Assembly: GCA_002633005.1 (NCBI GenBank)
Contig: NMRA01000397.1
Coordinates: 183,325-247,324 of the forward strand
DNA: 64,000 nucleotides
Origin: Phoronis australis
Lineage: Eukaryota > Animalia > Phoronida
Direction: 5' to 3'
Part shown: positions 14,324 through 27,105 of the stretch, piece after piece
Layout of the letters: each line of letters opens with the position of its first letter
Position numbering within the stretch: the first letter of the stretch is position 1
Made by a program: the position numbers and the translations under genes
The notes under the pieces: model-generated
What the model saw: only the letters and a program-made list of their open reading frames with translations
Told to the model about the DNA's origin: nothing
The model's database searches: none

Positions 14324-16300
14324 CTAGACGTTGATACTGATTACGAGTGAGCATTTGAACCTCGATTCCATACCATTGTCAACCAGAACGTGTCCATAGA
14401 CCAGACGTGGGTCCCTGCTCAGGTCAGTCAGTCGACCACACGGTTCGCCTACCACTCCTTTAGTCATCAAAGGCCATGGACATATCTGCCAGATACGTGG
14501 CCGTACCCGATCCATCCCAGGCAGTCCACACCGAAGATCAGCATGTGTCCCCACCAGGTCAGTCCATCTTCGAAAGAAGTGCCTCAGATCCCAACAACCA
14601 ACTATCTGCCTCCGACGTTGCTGCGTTTACCGAGCTCCGTTGTCTATATGACCAAGTTTTCCAGAGCATGCAGTGATCCGCAAGTACAACGGCGCTTTAG
14701 GTAAAATACAGCCTAAACTAAACATAAGCACTACCCTTCTACCGCAGTTACTTGGACTACAGAGAAAGTTTGATGAACTGGAAAGTCTTGGTGTGTTTGC
14801 AGAAGACGTGAACGTGTAGAATACCTGAACACGTCTTTCCTCAGTCATCAAGAAACCATCGTCTCGTGACGCCGTCATTTGCCGATGTTGCCGGGGCAGT
14901 ACAGCAAACCGCAACCGTCTCTAATACCCCGTGTTGATAATACCCCGTGTTGATGTAGTCCTTAGGGATATTATATTGCACGTGGAAGTATAGAATCGTC
15001 AGTGACTTACGTCAGCCGTTTTTTAGATTCCACTTGCTCATATAGCCCCATGAGGTTTTGCGGCGTGGCCACTCCCTTTAAAGGAGTTCGTGTTCAGACA
15101 TGGGAACGCCGGAACCTGAAACATGCCTGAAAGAACTTATGTGCCGCGTCTTGGGAGACCGCATTTCTGATGGGTTTGTTTCGAAAAAAACTGAAACCTT
15201 TACGTGGGTGGTAACACCATTGCCGAGCTGCTCTCAAATTGGACCCAAGTCCTTCGTGCAGTCTAAGCCAACAGCTAGACTGTGCCTCAACGCATCCAAG
15301 ACAGTCATGTGTCCCCATTAAACCACTATCCTTGGGTGGACCTGGTCTAACGGAACATTACAAGCCAGCAAGCATCGCCCACGGCTCTGCTCTTTTGTCG
15401 GCGCTTATAAGGTCCCAAGTCGGGTGATTCTCCGCAGTGCCTTCATCTTGCACCCCCTCGAGCAAGCTATTGGTGGTAGGAAGTCCAAAGACCACACGCA
15501 GTAGGGCGACGCTATGCTGAGAACTTTTCAGAAAGCGCAGTCCAAGGTCAGCAAGCATAAAGCGGTAGCTATTGCTAAGCAGCAAGGTACATTATGGACT
15601 GTGACAGCAAGCAACATGGTAAGGCTGCATCCCGGCTTATACGTTTTTCGTGACCACCAAACTCTCCTCGTTGGCTTCTTTAATGCTAAACTGAAGAAGC
15701 ATCAGTCGTCACGGCTACCTTGTGAGCCTCTGCAGTCCAGCATTTCACTCCTTAATCGACTAAATCCGCACGTGTGCTCACCAAGAGTCGCCAATGCGTA
15801 CAGGCATAACTCAAACTCTGCCGTGGTGAATTAGTCGTGTTACTACCTCCCTAGCTACATCAGTCGTTAGCTATATTGCTGGTTAAGCCAACCTGTCTTC
15901 CAATATACAGGAGTCAACACACGCTATAGACTTTGAGAACCCACGCTGTCAAATATGTATTCTTACAAATGATGTCACTGACACCGTCGTACGCCAACTG
16001 AACGTCAAATACGTCTTGGATGCTTCCGGCAAGATGCCCTTCACAAGTAGTGTGGCAGGCGTGATTGTCTACACAACAGGAATGTCCGTATCTGCAGCGC
16101 ATCCACGCTCACCTTACACAACGCATCTGCGAAGATTGTGGACGTGAAGCGTTACCTTCGAAGTGTGTGCAATGCTCGAGGCGGTTTACTCGTAGTGCCA
16201 CGGTGTGGGGACCTGTACTATGTGTTTGGACTGGTCATGTGGAGTACGGCGTCGTCATGAGCAAAATGGACAAAAATTCCCCGACAAGGCGTACTTTATG
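14324..16300 (+). mobile_element. degenerate Ty3/Gypsy LTR retrotransposon pol (RT-RNase H; integrase mostly deleted)
   Basis: Frameshifted segments: LQRKFDELESLGVFA, EYLNTSFL, QYSKPQPSL, WKYRIVSDL, MRFCGVATPFKGVRV, MGTPEPETCLKELMCRVLGD, LYVGGNTIAELLSNWTQVL, ASKTVMCP, TTILGWTWSNGTLQAS, GFFNAKLKKHQSSRLPCE, QQECPYLQRIHAHLTQ, DVKRYL. These are recognisable as a marine-invertebrate Gypsy pol. LTRs were not identified. Confidence 0.9.
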
Positions 16301-16608
16301 AGATCGTTTACCTCGTTACACATGACTTTTTGCAATGAAACTGTTGTCATGCACTCATGCATTGGAAGAGTAATAGTTGAATGTGACCTTAATTTTACTA
16401 ATAGGGTCCCTATACTGACTATGCTCAAGAGATTTCACTGTTTACACATTGTCAACGATAAACTTCGAGTGACAATTTTGTTTGTCTATTTGTTGTGTTT
16501 GAGTACCACCATGTAACCATAGACACAACGCGCATGAGGAGTATAGTTGACATTTGTAATTTGTAGTTTAATTTATGTAGCATCTTGTGACACTTACTCT
16601 CAAAATAT

Positions 16609-18475
16609 CTGTAAGGACTAGTCATACTCGAGTTTTGCGTGACTGTCCGAACTCGTCATGAGCAACTGATGTACGGTTTCGCATTGAGCCGGTGGTGTTT
16701 TCAACTTATTGTTGTCGTCTAATTATGCATCAATACGTGCAGAAAGTAACTCATTCCTATACATATAAACCAGTATCTTGATAATTAATGTCAAATGACT
16801 CTGCGATCGGATTCCCGGCCAAAAACTTGCTGTCCGACCTACTGCATAGACTATATCTCCCAGAAATAACTGAGATTTGTTGGTTTCTACGAGGTAAACC
16901 ATGTAAATTTCCCAGCACTGAACTTCAAAGATTAGCTAACTGTTGCAACGAGTTCGAACTGGAGGAAATATATAAAATTCTCACACAACAGACCACAAGG
17001 TTTGGTGCGAAAATGACTCATTATACCGATTTCCACATTTGTCATGTGGGACCGCCCGCCTCATTGAATTCCTCCAGTGACAGTTCACGTCGCTTCTTAG
17101 TGGGACTAACCCTTTCAATCTCAGTGACAAAATGCCACATATTTTGTACCGGAATATACATTCTTTCAACTCCAAGCGCAGACGAGGTGAGGATTTGTTA
17201 AAACACTTGCCCCTAATAGACTGCGGTTGTAACAGATTTCTCAGTTCCTCTACCTTCTCATTTTCCTGTTTAAGTATTTGCTTTCCGTCTTCCAAATTTG
17301 GTTCATCTTCGTAGCCGAACAAGTCAATCTCCCCCAGTTTTAGTTTTCCCGACATTTCCTCTTGCCGTCAAAGCTCAACTGACACGCACTGGCTTTGGGA
17401 GTGACATCAACAAGTTCAGGAATACAGGAGTTATAGAGTTACCCACTTTTGACGTAGGCAGTTGCTTAACGTTTGGCACGGCAGGCAAAGTTTATTTTCG
17501 ATTCTAATGAATCTCCTCCAGATTTCATACCGATATGCTTGAACCCTCACATGAATCTCACAATTTCCAATGGAAAAGTTTGTATCCGATCCGCCAAAAC
17601 TTCACAATGTCGTTCGAGTACCTCATTGTTACGGTGTTGTCAAGGGTAACAATTCTGCCACATCTAAAAACAGTAAGAACGCTATGTTGTCTAAGGGGAA
17701 CGTGCCATCTGCTGTCATCCAATTAAACTTGACCCAGCTGTCTCTTGAAATCCCTATTGTTTTCAAAGCATCGATCGCGCGTGGTGCGACATCACATATT
17801 TCTTTTATTGCACTGTAATTCTCGTGCTAAACCCGTCTCTATATCCCTTACGCACTCTTTTCGCTAGGTGTATTCTTCATCTTTGTCTTGTTCTACTTTT
17901 GACTTCTTCGAAACGGGACTCTTGTGGTCAAACTCTTTTTCTGGCATAGATATCTTTTGCTTGACCTGGTTTCGTAGCTCTCCACCAAAGCAGTGTTGGG
18001 AATGCACCCATATTTTTTACTCATAAACATTCCAAACCGCTTTGTTCATGCAATGTTAGATACAGTCATTGTATCTAATCCTTAGAACTTGATCATCGTT
18101 ATCTGCGATGCCGTGGCCAATTACTCCAGCAAAGTGATCTGTACCAACACAAAAGTAACAGCATTTGAAGTTGATTGATCGGAAACAACTGCAAAATGTT
18201 TTCACATCTATTTCACTCTGTCCACAATGGAATGACAATGGCGTAACACTTCTTACCTGTGTTCTCACTTTATACACCAAATTGCAAATACATCCAATCT
18301 TTCTCAAGTCACCCATGTGACTATACTCCTCGAGAACTTCTGTTATTATAAAGTTAAACGGTCTATTCTGATTAAAATTTGATTAATTATCAATCATCTC
18401 ACTGACGAGTTCGTACAGTTTTCAAAAATCTACTCATGACGAGTCCGTACAAATGGCTCAGGCGAGTCCGTACAG
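16609..18475 (-). mobile_element. decayed DNA-transposon-like element with unassigned protein remnant
   Basis: Three-copy arrays of CTCATGACGAGTCCGTACAG-like repeats at 18398-18475, and inverted at 16609-16690. Minus-strand broken reading frame between them (WVKFNWMTADGTFPLDNIAFLLFLDV, TMRYSNDIVKFWRIGYKLFH, GEIDLFGYEDEPNL). Confidence 0.7.
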
Positions 18476-18634
18476 TAGTTAGTCTAACTGCCTAATTTAC
18501 ACTTTCCATATGTTTGTGAATCAAACACACTTTTAACTGAAACTTTTGCAGCACATGCACCTGTTCATAAAATATTACTTACAGTATGAAATATATTAAA
18601 TCAACGACATAATGCATCATTTTATAACAAACTT

Positions 18635-21169
18635 CAGGGCCGTAGGAAGCCGGGGGGGGGGGGGGGGGGGGCACNNNAAAAAATTTTCAGGCGTCAGGGT
18701 TAAACCGTGGCAACCGACATAGGTGAGGGGCCGGGGACAATCGAGAAAAGAAAGACTGCTAAACATTAAACATGGATACGAGAAAAAATTCAAGAGAACT
18801 TTTAACAACCCTGCTTCAGTGCATGGTTTACCTTTTGAGGATCCTGGCAAGGACATAGCCGTTAGGGTCTCCGCTTTTGCAGCACAGGTCGTTTAAACTC
18901 ACACATTTAATTCGTAAAATCGAGAAAATTTGTAAAGCGAAGCTTTTGGATATTCAAATTCAACAAGTCAATTTTGCGAATGCAAAACTACATATTTCCT
19001 AGTAAGGGATATAACGGAGACAATTTTCACTTTATTTTTTTCTCGAAACTGGATATCATTTAAGAAAAAAGGATGATCTGATAGATAACATCAATTGCTG
19101 CGCATTTCCTGATATTTGAAAATATAGATATTTTCATATTTAGGGGTCCCGCCGTTAAAGGAGGCCATTGATTACATTCAAGTGGCCACCTTTTTGTGTT
19201 TTAATTGACAAATTTTTAAGGGGTCGCTTACGGAGACAGGGCCCAATGTTGGAATCGATTACCTCTATTTTCCTGTTTTTTTGGGGGGGAAATCGTGCAA
19301 CCGACTTTCATGTTGAAGGTCACTCCCTGCATTGTTTTGGGACCACACGACGGTGGAATGAACTGTCACTTTCTTCCAAGCTTAATGGTGTTTAGCCTTT
19401 CATCTTAAGGTGTCCCATTTCAGACGGTACCCTCTCTCGGTGAAGCAGTTCGGGGGAAATGTCCCTTTGTCCCTCTATAAATGTAAATCCGACACTGCCA
19501 AGTATTCACGAGGGAAGTCGAGATTCCAACGTCATTAAAAAGAAACAGAAAACATTCATGCACAACACAGCCATTCGATCCCAACAACCAAAAATGTGAA
19601 AAATATAATAGGATTGCCGCCATCGAAAGGGTGAAATTTTGAAGAACGTGAAGACAACTACTTATGAATTACACAAAAGGAGTATTTCCGATGGTTAGTT
19701 ATAAAATAATGTTACTGTTTCCCGTAGTATCACAAGAATAGTATCTCTTTTGAAGAGGGTTACTATGATCGTTTGAAAGGAATCTCCACATTTGGTAAAC
19801 ACTACTGTCTGGGCTACTATTTGTAATGATCGTGTACATGTCGAAAGGGGTATTCAAAGAATTGTCGCAATCATAAACAAAGATTTCAGCGTTTTTTGTC
19901 AGTGGAGTTCAAGTTTACAACGTAAACCGTTGGAGGTACCTCTGAAATGAGCAAAAATACACCTTAATACGAACGCCCCATCTCCCATATTCCCCCGGTT
20001 ACCCGTCAAAGTCTGCGAGCATGCATGCGGAAATTGCGCAAAACATTCCGTTTTGAGAAACAAATTCGTTGGTTTCTGATTTATTTGTTTATGTATATAC
20101 GAAAATCGATAGATTCATAGATGATTTTTGACTATTAGAAGCTAATCTTGTAAGAATTGATGATGTTTCAGTGAATTTAATTGCAGCCTGAAGTTGGCAA
20201 AACTCCAATCCCCAAACTTTAAAGTACACTTAGACGATTTTTGCATATCTAAAATAACTCTCAAAGACATTGAGGAAATTTGGACACACAAAACGTAGAT
20301 AGAAAAAAAGTTTTAAAAATCCTTAAATAAATAAAATTAAACTCATTGCTTGGAAAGGTTGTCTTTGCATTTCCTTGGTGTTTTTAGTTTCCAGTAGTAT
20401 TGAGTAAAGAATTTTTGTTCCTCAAAACTGAATTGATTGATTGCCCTGATTCTCGTGCACGTCATGACTGACGTACCCACGTTAAAAATAAGATGTAACC
20501 ATGCAGTAGGCCCGCTCAGAATCTCAGTGATCCACGCGAACTGAATTTGAACTCCAGGTGTTCAGGAAGTGTGTTCATTTTTGGGACACACTTGTCTATC
20601 CTTTTCCCCAGCCACCAGAAACTGAACTACCGGTCGTGTTTCAACTACAGCCCCAAAGGCACTATACCAGGATCTTCGGGGCCTCACCTTTTCAAAAAAC
20701 TCCTTCGAAGTATGACCCTAATAAAATAAAGTTTTCCAGACTCAAAACTGGAACACAATAAAACGAATCTTGACCTTAGGGCGAGCGCAGACGGCCGGTA
20801 CGAGCTGCCTGTCTCAAATGAATCACAGCTGAGTTGACCAGCAACTAGCTTTAGTTCATCGGTAATTTTGTATTTTCACACTGTTAGATCTCGGCTATAG
20901 CTACTTCAGGCAGCTCTTCTCTACCGGTCAGTGTACTGGTCCTAGGCCCATTCTTACTCTCCCCGTTGGTTCACGGTTACTCAACTGTTAATGGCTGCAT
21001 CCCCGGGATTGTCCCTAGGGCGGACGTGGGAGATTCGGTACAAATATGATGGCATCAGGAGCACGGGGGCGAGGGGGGAGGGGGTGGAGGTGGTGGCGAT
21101 GGAGGATTATTTGGCGACGACGAAATGGTTCGTGCCACCCACAATAAATTTTGCCTTCCTACAGGCCTG
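18635..21169. mobile_element. non-autonomous TIR element (hAT-like termini), possibly composite
   Basis: CAGGGCCGTAGGAAG at 18635 and CTTCCTACAGGCCTG ending at 21169. No clear TSD. Contains a small nested inverted-repeat element at ~20777-20944. Confidence 0.5.
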
Positions 21170-21692
21170 AACGTTCCTGATTTTTTCACAGCACCAAGGC
21201 TACTGACTCGGTATTACAGAGTTGCTGGTCACACTAACGTGAGAGGCACAGAACATTTTAAAGACAATTTTGTTCGATTGGTGTCGGTATTCCTCAGCAC
21301 ATAAAATTGCTCATGACGACGAAGTACTCCTCCGACCAGTCCGAACACGTGGTACATGACGGCGTCAAGTTCTGTCGTTCAGCAACTTTTCCAGACGTGA
21401 GGGGTTCTGAACTGCGTGCGATAAAATCTGGCTCCTTTAGTTTGTTAACTGCCCAGCACAGTTTTTTTGTCCCGTATGACAACTAGCAAGCCAATTATCT
21501 CTCAGGCTTCAAAGGGTTACTGAAACCTGCCAGAATGGATTGTCTTAACTTCTGTTGTAGGCCTAGTTGGGCGATTTTGGTGATTCAAAAACTAAACATG
21601 ATCAGCATTTGACAAGGAATTCATAAATGCTATTGGTTTATGTTCAAATATGTTATAACTTAACTTTCCTTTTTAGCAGCACAGCCCAGTCA

Positions 21693-21755
21693 GGCTCTCT
21701 CTCTCTCCCTCTCTCTCCCTCCCTCCCTCCCTCCCTCTCTCCCTCCCTTTCTCTC
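21693..21755. repeat. CT-rich microsatellite (CT/CCCT)n
   Basis: ctctctctctccctctctccctccctccctccc... Confidence 0.9.
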
Positions 21756-21850
21756 GGCCTGCTCGGCTTCCACGAGGTTGCGCATATGTCATATCAAATT
21801 ATCGGAAGTGGTTTCATTTCGTTACGCCGACAAGTTTTTAGTATTTTAAC

Positions 21851-22124
21851 CATGCGCGCACCCAGCCTTCAATATGGGGGTGGGGGCTCGAATTCCTAGC
21901 CATGTGCACCTCATTACTGACAAAATAGTCAGTCGACTAAAAAAAATACCCCGAATGGAGCTGTACCTGCTGTGAATTTGAATTCTGCGTTTGCGACTTT
22001 TTAGTAGACTTTTTATCTCGTTTTCTCGGACTCTTTTGTTTCTCCGAGGCGGATCTTTTTGCCCGCTTCGCCAAATGGGGGGAGGGAGGGGGGGGGGCTC
22101 GAGCCCCCGCTGGCTACTAGGCAA
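21851..22124. mobile_element. MITE, same family as 34185-34402
   Basis: Starts CATGCGCGCACCCAGCCTTCAATATGGGGG and shares internal sequence (tctcgttttctcgga...gaggc) with the 34185 copy. Confidence 0.7.
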
Positions 22125-22129
22125 TGGTG

Positions 22130-22457
22130 AGACTAATTGAATATAGACAGAGGTTTACTGTAGCCTGTGAATGGTGGTTTAGAATAGGCTTCTCCATCAA
22201 TATAATGATTCAAGTATAATAACAATCTTGTTTGTCTTTCTCTCTGTCTGTGACACACTTCTAGGATGCACAGGATTCAAAATGGTATTAGGTAACACCA
22301 TTTTGTAAGTGACAGGGCAACCTGCGCGAAAGTGAACATAGTCTGGCCAACGTAATGCTGTCTACAGGCAGAATGAAGACACATTGATGGAGAAACCTGT
22401 TCTAAACCACCAGCTCATATAGGCGACAGTACAAAACTGTTTCTATTCAATTAGTCT
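22130..22457. mobile_element. MITE with ~75-bp TIRs
   Basis: agactaattgaata...ggtggtttagaataggcttctccatcaat versus attgatggagaaacctgttctaaaccacc...tattcaattagtct. Confidence 0.8.
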
Positions 22458-23584
22458 GTTACGTGCCATTCCCCTGGACTATTGAACACTGTGAGGTAAA
22501 TCACAATGGAGGTCCGTATTCCGTATTCTGATCACACTTACCTAATGCCAATTGGACTTCATACGCAAAAGGTTACTTAGTTAAGCAAAATAAAAAAGGA
22601 TTATAAAAATTGGACTGTGTTTAATATAAATATTTCAAAGTTTTCATTGGTTTGGGAAGACTGGAAAAAAGTGCTATCGTTGATAAAGTTGCACATTTTA
22701 CACCTAGGTTTGTTACATTGTGTGTTGCCAGTAGGTTTGTCATTTTGGTGTATATTGTCTCTGAATTTCATGCATTTTTAGCGTTACAAGTGGCCACGTG
22801 TCAACAGCAGAAAAGAAATAAATTTATTAAGCACGCAATTCTTTTGATATGACTAGGAATAACTGAAGTCACGTTGAGAACCACTTAGTCTTATACTAGA
22901 TAAGTTGAGTCGGCTTATTGAGAAATGGTAGGGTTCATCCTTAAACAGGAACTAGTTACAAAATTTGCAATACCTTTGTTTCTAACCGTAAAGAAGGTTA
23001 AAAAGTAAAGTTCATACTCTGTAACATAAGAACTGCGGAATATGTTAGCCTATTCAACACAACACGACCCAGCACAACAAATTATTCAATATCTAACAAT
23101 TACAAAAGTTTGTATATTAACTGGGTTCTGGTATGTTGAAAAAGGGCCAAATCCGTCCAACAAAATGCAGTGCGTACCAGCAAGTGAAATTCAGCCATAC
23201 AAATGGTGAATAGGAAATGAAATTATGGCCTTTTAAATAACAACGCGGTGCTTATCAGTGTCGTTTTTAGTGGGGGGACAAGGGCATGCCCCCCTAAAAT
23301 TCTCCCAGATTCCTTTTGGCAATTCGAAGGTGCAAACGTCTGACTGGCAAAATCTTGCCCCTAATAGGCTGCCCAGCCCCTGCATAACTCAAAATCCTGG
23401 ATCCAACGCTGCTTACTATCTAAGTAAAATGAGCGGCCACACTTACAGCATAGTGTTACCAGGCACGAGGTTGCAGACTCGACTCGGTAATCGTACCCCA
23501 TTTGTAGTGCACGTTTCCCGATATTAAGAAGTACCATGAAACTAAAATATTACTCGGTAAGACTACATATATTACTGGATTCAT

Positions 23585-23822
23585 TTAAATAATGAAAAAT
23601 ATCGAGTAAAGATTCCTTTTGGAACCAAAGAACCGTACTTTGATGTGGTAAGCATACAGCCGGTTCGTTCGCATATATCACGGACTTGATTCAACCGGGT
23701 GCGTCCTCTGTCGTAGAATAAAACGAAAGAAAAGGTATCTGGGATTCCCAAACATCACATCAAGGTACTGCTGGGTAATTGGTTCCAAAAGGGATCTTTA
23801 CTCAATCTTTATCATTACTTGA
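23585..23822. mobile_element. MITE-like inverted repeat
   Basis: gagtaaagattccttttggaaccaa versus ttggttccaaaagggatctttactc. Confidence 0.65.
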
Positions 23823-23941
23823 TAAGCGAGCAACATAGGTCACAGACAGTTTACTCCCTTAAAATGTTACGTTAAAGGGTGTTTATTACAAATAGTTTTG
23901 TTTTGAGCGAATTATATTAGCATTTGTGTAGTGTGCCTATG

Positions 23942-24338
23942 CTCCGACCCGTATTGGAATCTGGCCCGTATTGGAATGATGACGTCATTCCAATACGGGA
24001 AGTAGTTTCTGGCCCGTATTGGAATGAGCGGTCGTTGTCGTTTCGTTGCTCTTGGTTTGTTGAAGTGTGCAAGATTTCTTGTGTTAAATTCGTAAGATAT
24101 AAGGTATTTTTAACCAGAATTGTGTTAGGTTTAATCAGGAATTTTTTCTACAGATTTTTATTGTGTTTCTTAGTGTTATTAGACACGTGTGTTGCACTGT
24201 TACAGACTTCATTTTCTCGACACGTGTATCAGCTTACCAGGCCCCTTCCTTACTGCTGGTTTTAACTTTTTTCTGTGTACTTGTTGCCTACTTTTGTGAT
24301 TTATCTCATCAGTTAGTTTATACAAATGGGCATACGCC
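23942..24338 (+). mobile_element. terminus of a DNA transposon running into the gap
   Basis: Clustered direct and inverted CCCGTATTGGAAT repeats at 23947-24026, typical of subterminal transposase-binding arrays. Confidence 0.55.
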
Positions 24339-24940
24339 NNNNNNNNNNNNNNNNNNNNNNNNNNNNNNNNNNNNNNNNNNNNNNNNNNNNNNNNNNNNNN
24401 NNNNNNNNNNNNNNNNNNNNNNNNNNNNNNNNNNNNNNNNNNNNNNNNNNNNNNNNNNNNNNNNNNNNNNNNNNNNNNNNNNNNNNNNNNNNNNNNNNNN
24501 NNNNNNNNNNNNNNNNNNNNNNNNNNNNNNNNNNNNNNNNNNNNNNNNNNNNNNNNNNNNNNNNNNNNNNNNNNNNNNNNNNNNNNNNNNNNNNNNNNNN
24601 NNNNNNNNNNNNNNNNNNNNNNNNNNNNNNNNNNNNNNNNNNNNNNNNNNNNNNNNNNNNNNNNNNNNNNNNNNNNNNNNNNNNNNNNNNNNNNNNNNNN
24701 NNNNNNNNNNNNNNNNNNNNNNNNNNNNNNNNNNNNNNNNNNNNNNNNNNNNNNNNNNNNNNNNNNNNNNNNNNNNNNNNNNNNNNNNNNNNNNNNNNNN
24801 NNNNNNNNNNNNNNNNNNNNNNNNNNNNNNNNNNNNNNNNNNNNNNNNNNNNNNNNNNNNNNNNNNNNNNNNNNNNNNNNNNNNNNNNNNNNNNNNNNNN
24901 NNNNNNNNNNNNNNNNNNNNNNNNNNNNNNNNNNNNNNNN
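24339..24940. other. assembly gap (602 N)
   Basis: Run of N. Confidence 1.
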
Positions 24941-25024
24941 AACAATCAATAATGAATCGTTTTTAACAAAATCTGCATCAGAGAGGCACTACTGATGAAT
25001 AACACTAAAGTGATTTAAAAGTGA

Positions 25025-25966
25025 AACAAGAGCAACACAAGGTGCTGAAATGCACCCATGACTACAATACAAAATGGTATGGTTCTAGGAAGTATCAAAA
25101 ATAGCCACTAGGTGGTGCACGTATATTAAACTTGTACGGAAATAGGAAGACATCGTTATCTTCCTTACAAAATTTCATGAAACTCCATCCAGGAATTCTG
25201 AACATCAAGAGGCAAACACAAAGAACGAAATTGCCACACTAAGGCATGTCGGTAGTTGGATCCGTCCACAAACAAGTTGTCATCTGCTGCTACATTCACA
25301 GGAATGTACTCATCATTTCTAACAAAAATCCTATTAATGTTTTAGAAGCTACAGCTTTGGATGTACATTAGTCGTGGTGATGTCAGTAGCAAAACATCTG
25401 CCAACTTTTTAAGGACTCTCTGAGCAGTTTAGCAGACAGTAGCCCATGCCAAAACAGGCTCTAAAAAACCAGTCACTAACTGTCGTCAATAAATCCGCCC
25501 AACAGTAAAAAAGTGCTGCCGTCTATTTTATAAAAGCATAATTATTTGCAAAATTTCATGAATTTTGAGGTAAATGTAAAAAGTAAAAATTGCCACAAGG
25601 GGGCGCAGAGCAGAAGTCAGATCTGCCCGAAAGTCGTTGTCACTTGGTGTGACATTCATAGAAAAACACTTGCCAAATTTCACAAAGATCCTGCAAGAGG
25701 GTAAGGAGATACCGCTGGGGATGCAAAAAACAAAATTGTCACTAGGGTGCACCACAATAGTTGGACTGGTTGAAAATCAATGTCACATGGGGACTTCTCA
25801 GCAGGAACACAGTCATTTTTCATAATGATCCTTCAAGCACCGAGTTTGAGGAGGACGCCGAAATAATAAAAATGACAAACAGGTAGCACAAAATTCATCA
25901 AATCTACCTAAAAATGTTGCCCAGACAAAGATGGCAGCAAACTGTATCCACTATGAGAGCGCATAA
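25025..25966 (+). mobile_element. HINE/Pearl-like element copy
   Basis: 5' end aacaagagcaacacaaggtgctgaaatgcaccc, CCACTAG-type monomers, 3' end ...gagagcgcataaaaa. Confidence 0.7.
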
Positions 25967-26400
25967 AAACTTGAGTCAGCAGCGGCAAAGTTTTAGCAAA
26001 AAAAAACATCAATGCTATGGGCTACTAGGCAGTGCTAATGAATAAAGGTACCTGTTTCTCACATTTGAATAGAGAGCAAAAAACAGTGATAATTACATGG
26101 ATCGTTAATGCAGGCCTTTCTAAGTGAAGGACCCTTGCTTCACTTATGACAAACAGTAAATTTCGAGATCCCCATACAACATCTGGCAATGTTGCACAAG
26201 AAAACACATGACCATTCGCTCAAGCATACTAATGAAACTCAGCTTTCAAAATGGAAGCACCCAAACCACAGTTTGGTGTAGTGCAGCAAGCAACAACAAA
26301 CACTACAATAATTCTGAATCAATATTCATTGATATGTATAGATAAAGAGCTATTTGGACGAAAGATCTAGAGTAACTTTGTTGCAGCTCTGCCAGAACAA

Positions 26401-26551
26401 TTACTGGTTCCCTTTATTCTTCCAAGAGAAAATATTGGCAATGTTTGTCCTTGATGAGGAAGATTTATCTTTCAAATCTTTAAAACCTTTCATCATCTTT
26501 GATTTAACATCATCAGCATTTCCAGCTGCTGCCACAGGTGCTGTCGAGAAG
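26401..26551 (-). CDS. RELCH: RELCH/KIAA1468 orthologue, last coding exon
   Basis: Acceptor tgtttgcag|C at 26552/26551. Phase-2 join to the upstream exon gives ...PD-S-FSTAPVAAAGNADDVKSKMMKGFKDLKDKSSSSRTNIANIFSWKNKGNQ* (TAA at 26403-26401). Resembles the recalled human RELCH C-terminus (SMSIAASLVSEDTKTKFLNKMGQLTTSGAMLANVFQRKK). Confidence 0.85.
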
Positions 26552-27105
26552 CTGCAAACAGATTTGCATGCATGAACTTTTGTTGTTACAATAAAAAATA
26601 CAAAAGCGATCTGAGAAATTGCGTAAAAATTCTTCAGTTTGGGACACAACATGTCATACAGGTGAAATTTCATTTTGTCAAAATTTCTCAACAAAATAAC
26701 CCACCAGGACATTTTACTTTGTTTTGGCATGACTTATGGTGTAGCTATTACCACACAACATTTGGTAAAAAAATGAGAATTTGCAAAGACATGGTAAGCC
26801 TCTGAAAATTAAAAAAAAGGTAACTTTTGAAATTATTTTGGTCACAAATTGAAGAATTTCTAACGTAAGCCGAAAATAGCATTAGGTAATTGATTCAGAT
26901 ATGTGCCCAACTCATTTTAAAACCCATCCCCCAAAGTTGACAACAGGTAGCTCTGAGTAAAAAGATGTCAATCCATTTCAGTTATGGTACCATCACTTGA
27001 CAATGGGGATAAAAGAAAAATACCCGTGTCAAAATGCCACATACCCGATAATACAAAACCAGAGGTAAAAGGAAATTTAGCGATATTTGTGTTTCAGCTT
27101 AAAAC

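Noticed and set aside
16300-16600. 3' LTR/PPT of the Gypsy element
   Set aside because: No matching second LTR or clear TG...CA boundaries could be found.
24163-24966. The longest ORFs in the supplied track (208-267 aa)
   Set aside because: They run through the 602-bp N gap and are artefacts.
26395-26405. Possible splice donor CA|GTAATT at the RELCH stop codon
   Set aside because: The peptide already aligns to the C-terminus of human RELCH, so TAA as the stop is the simpler reading.
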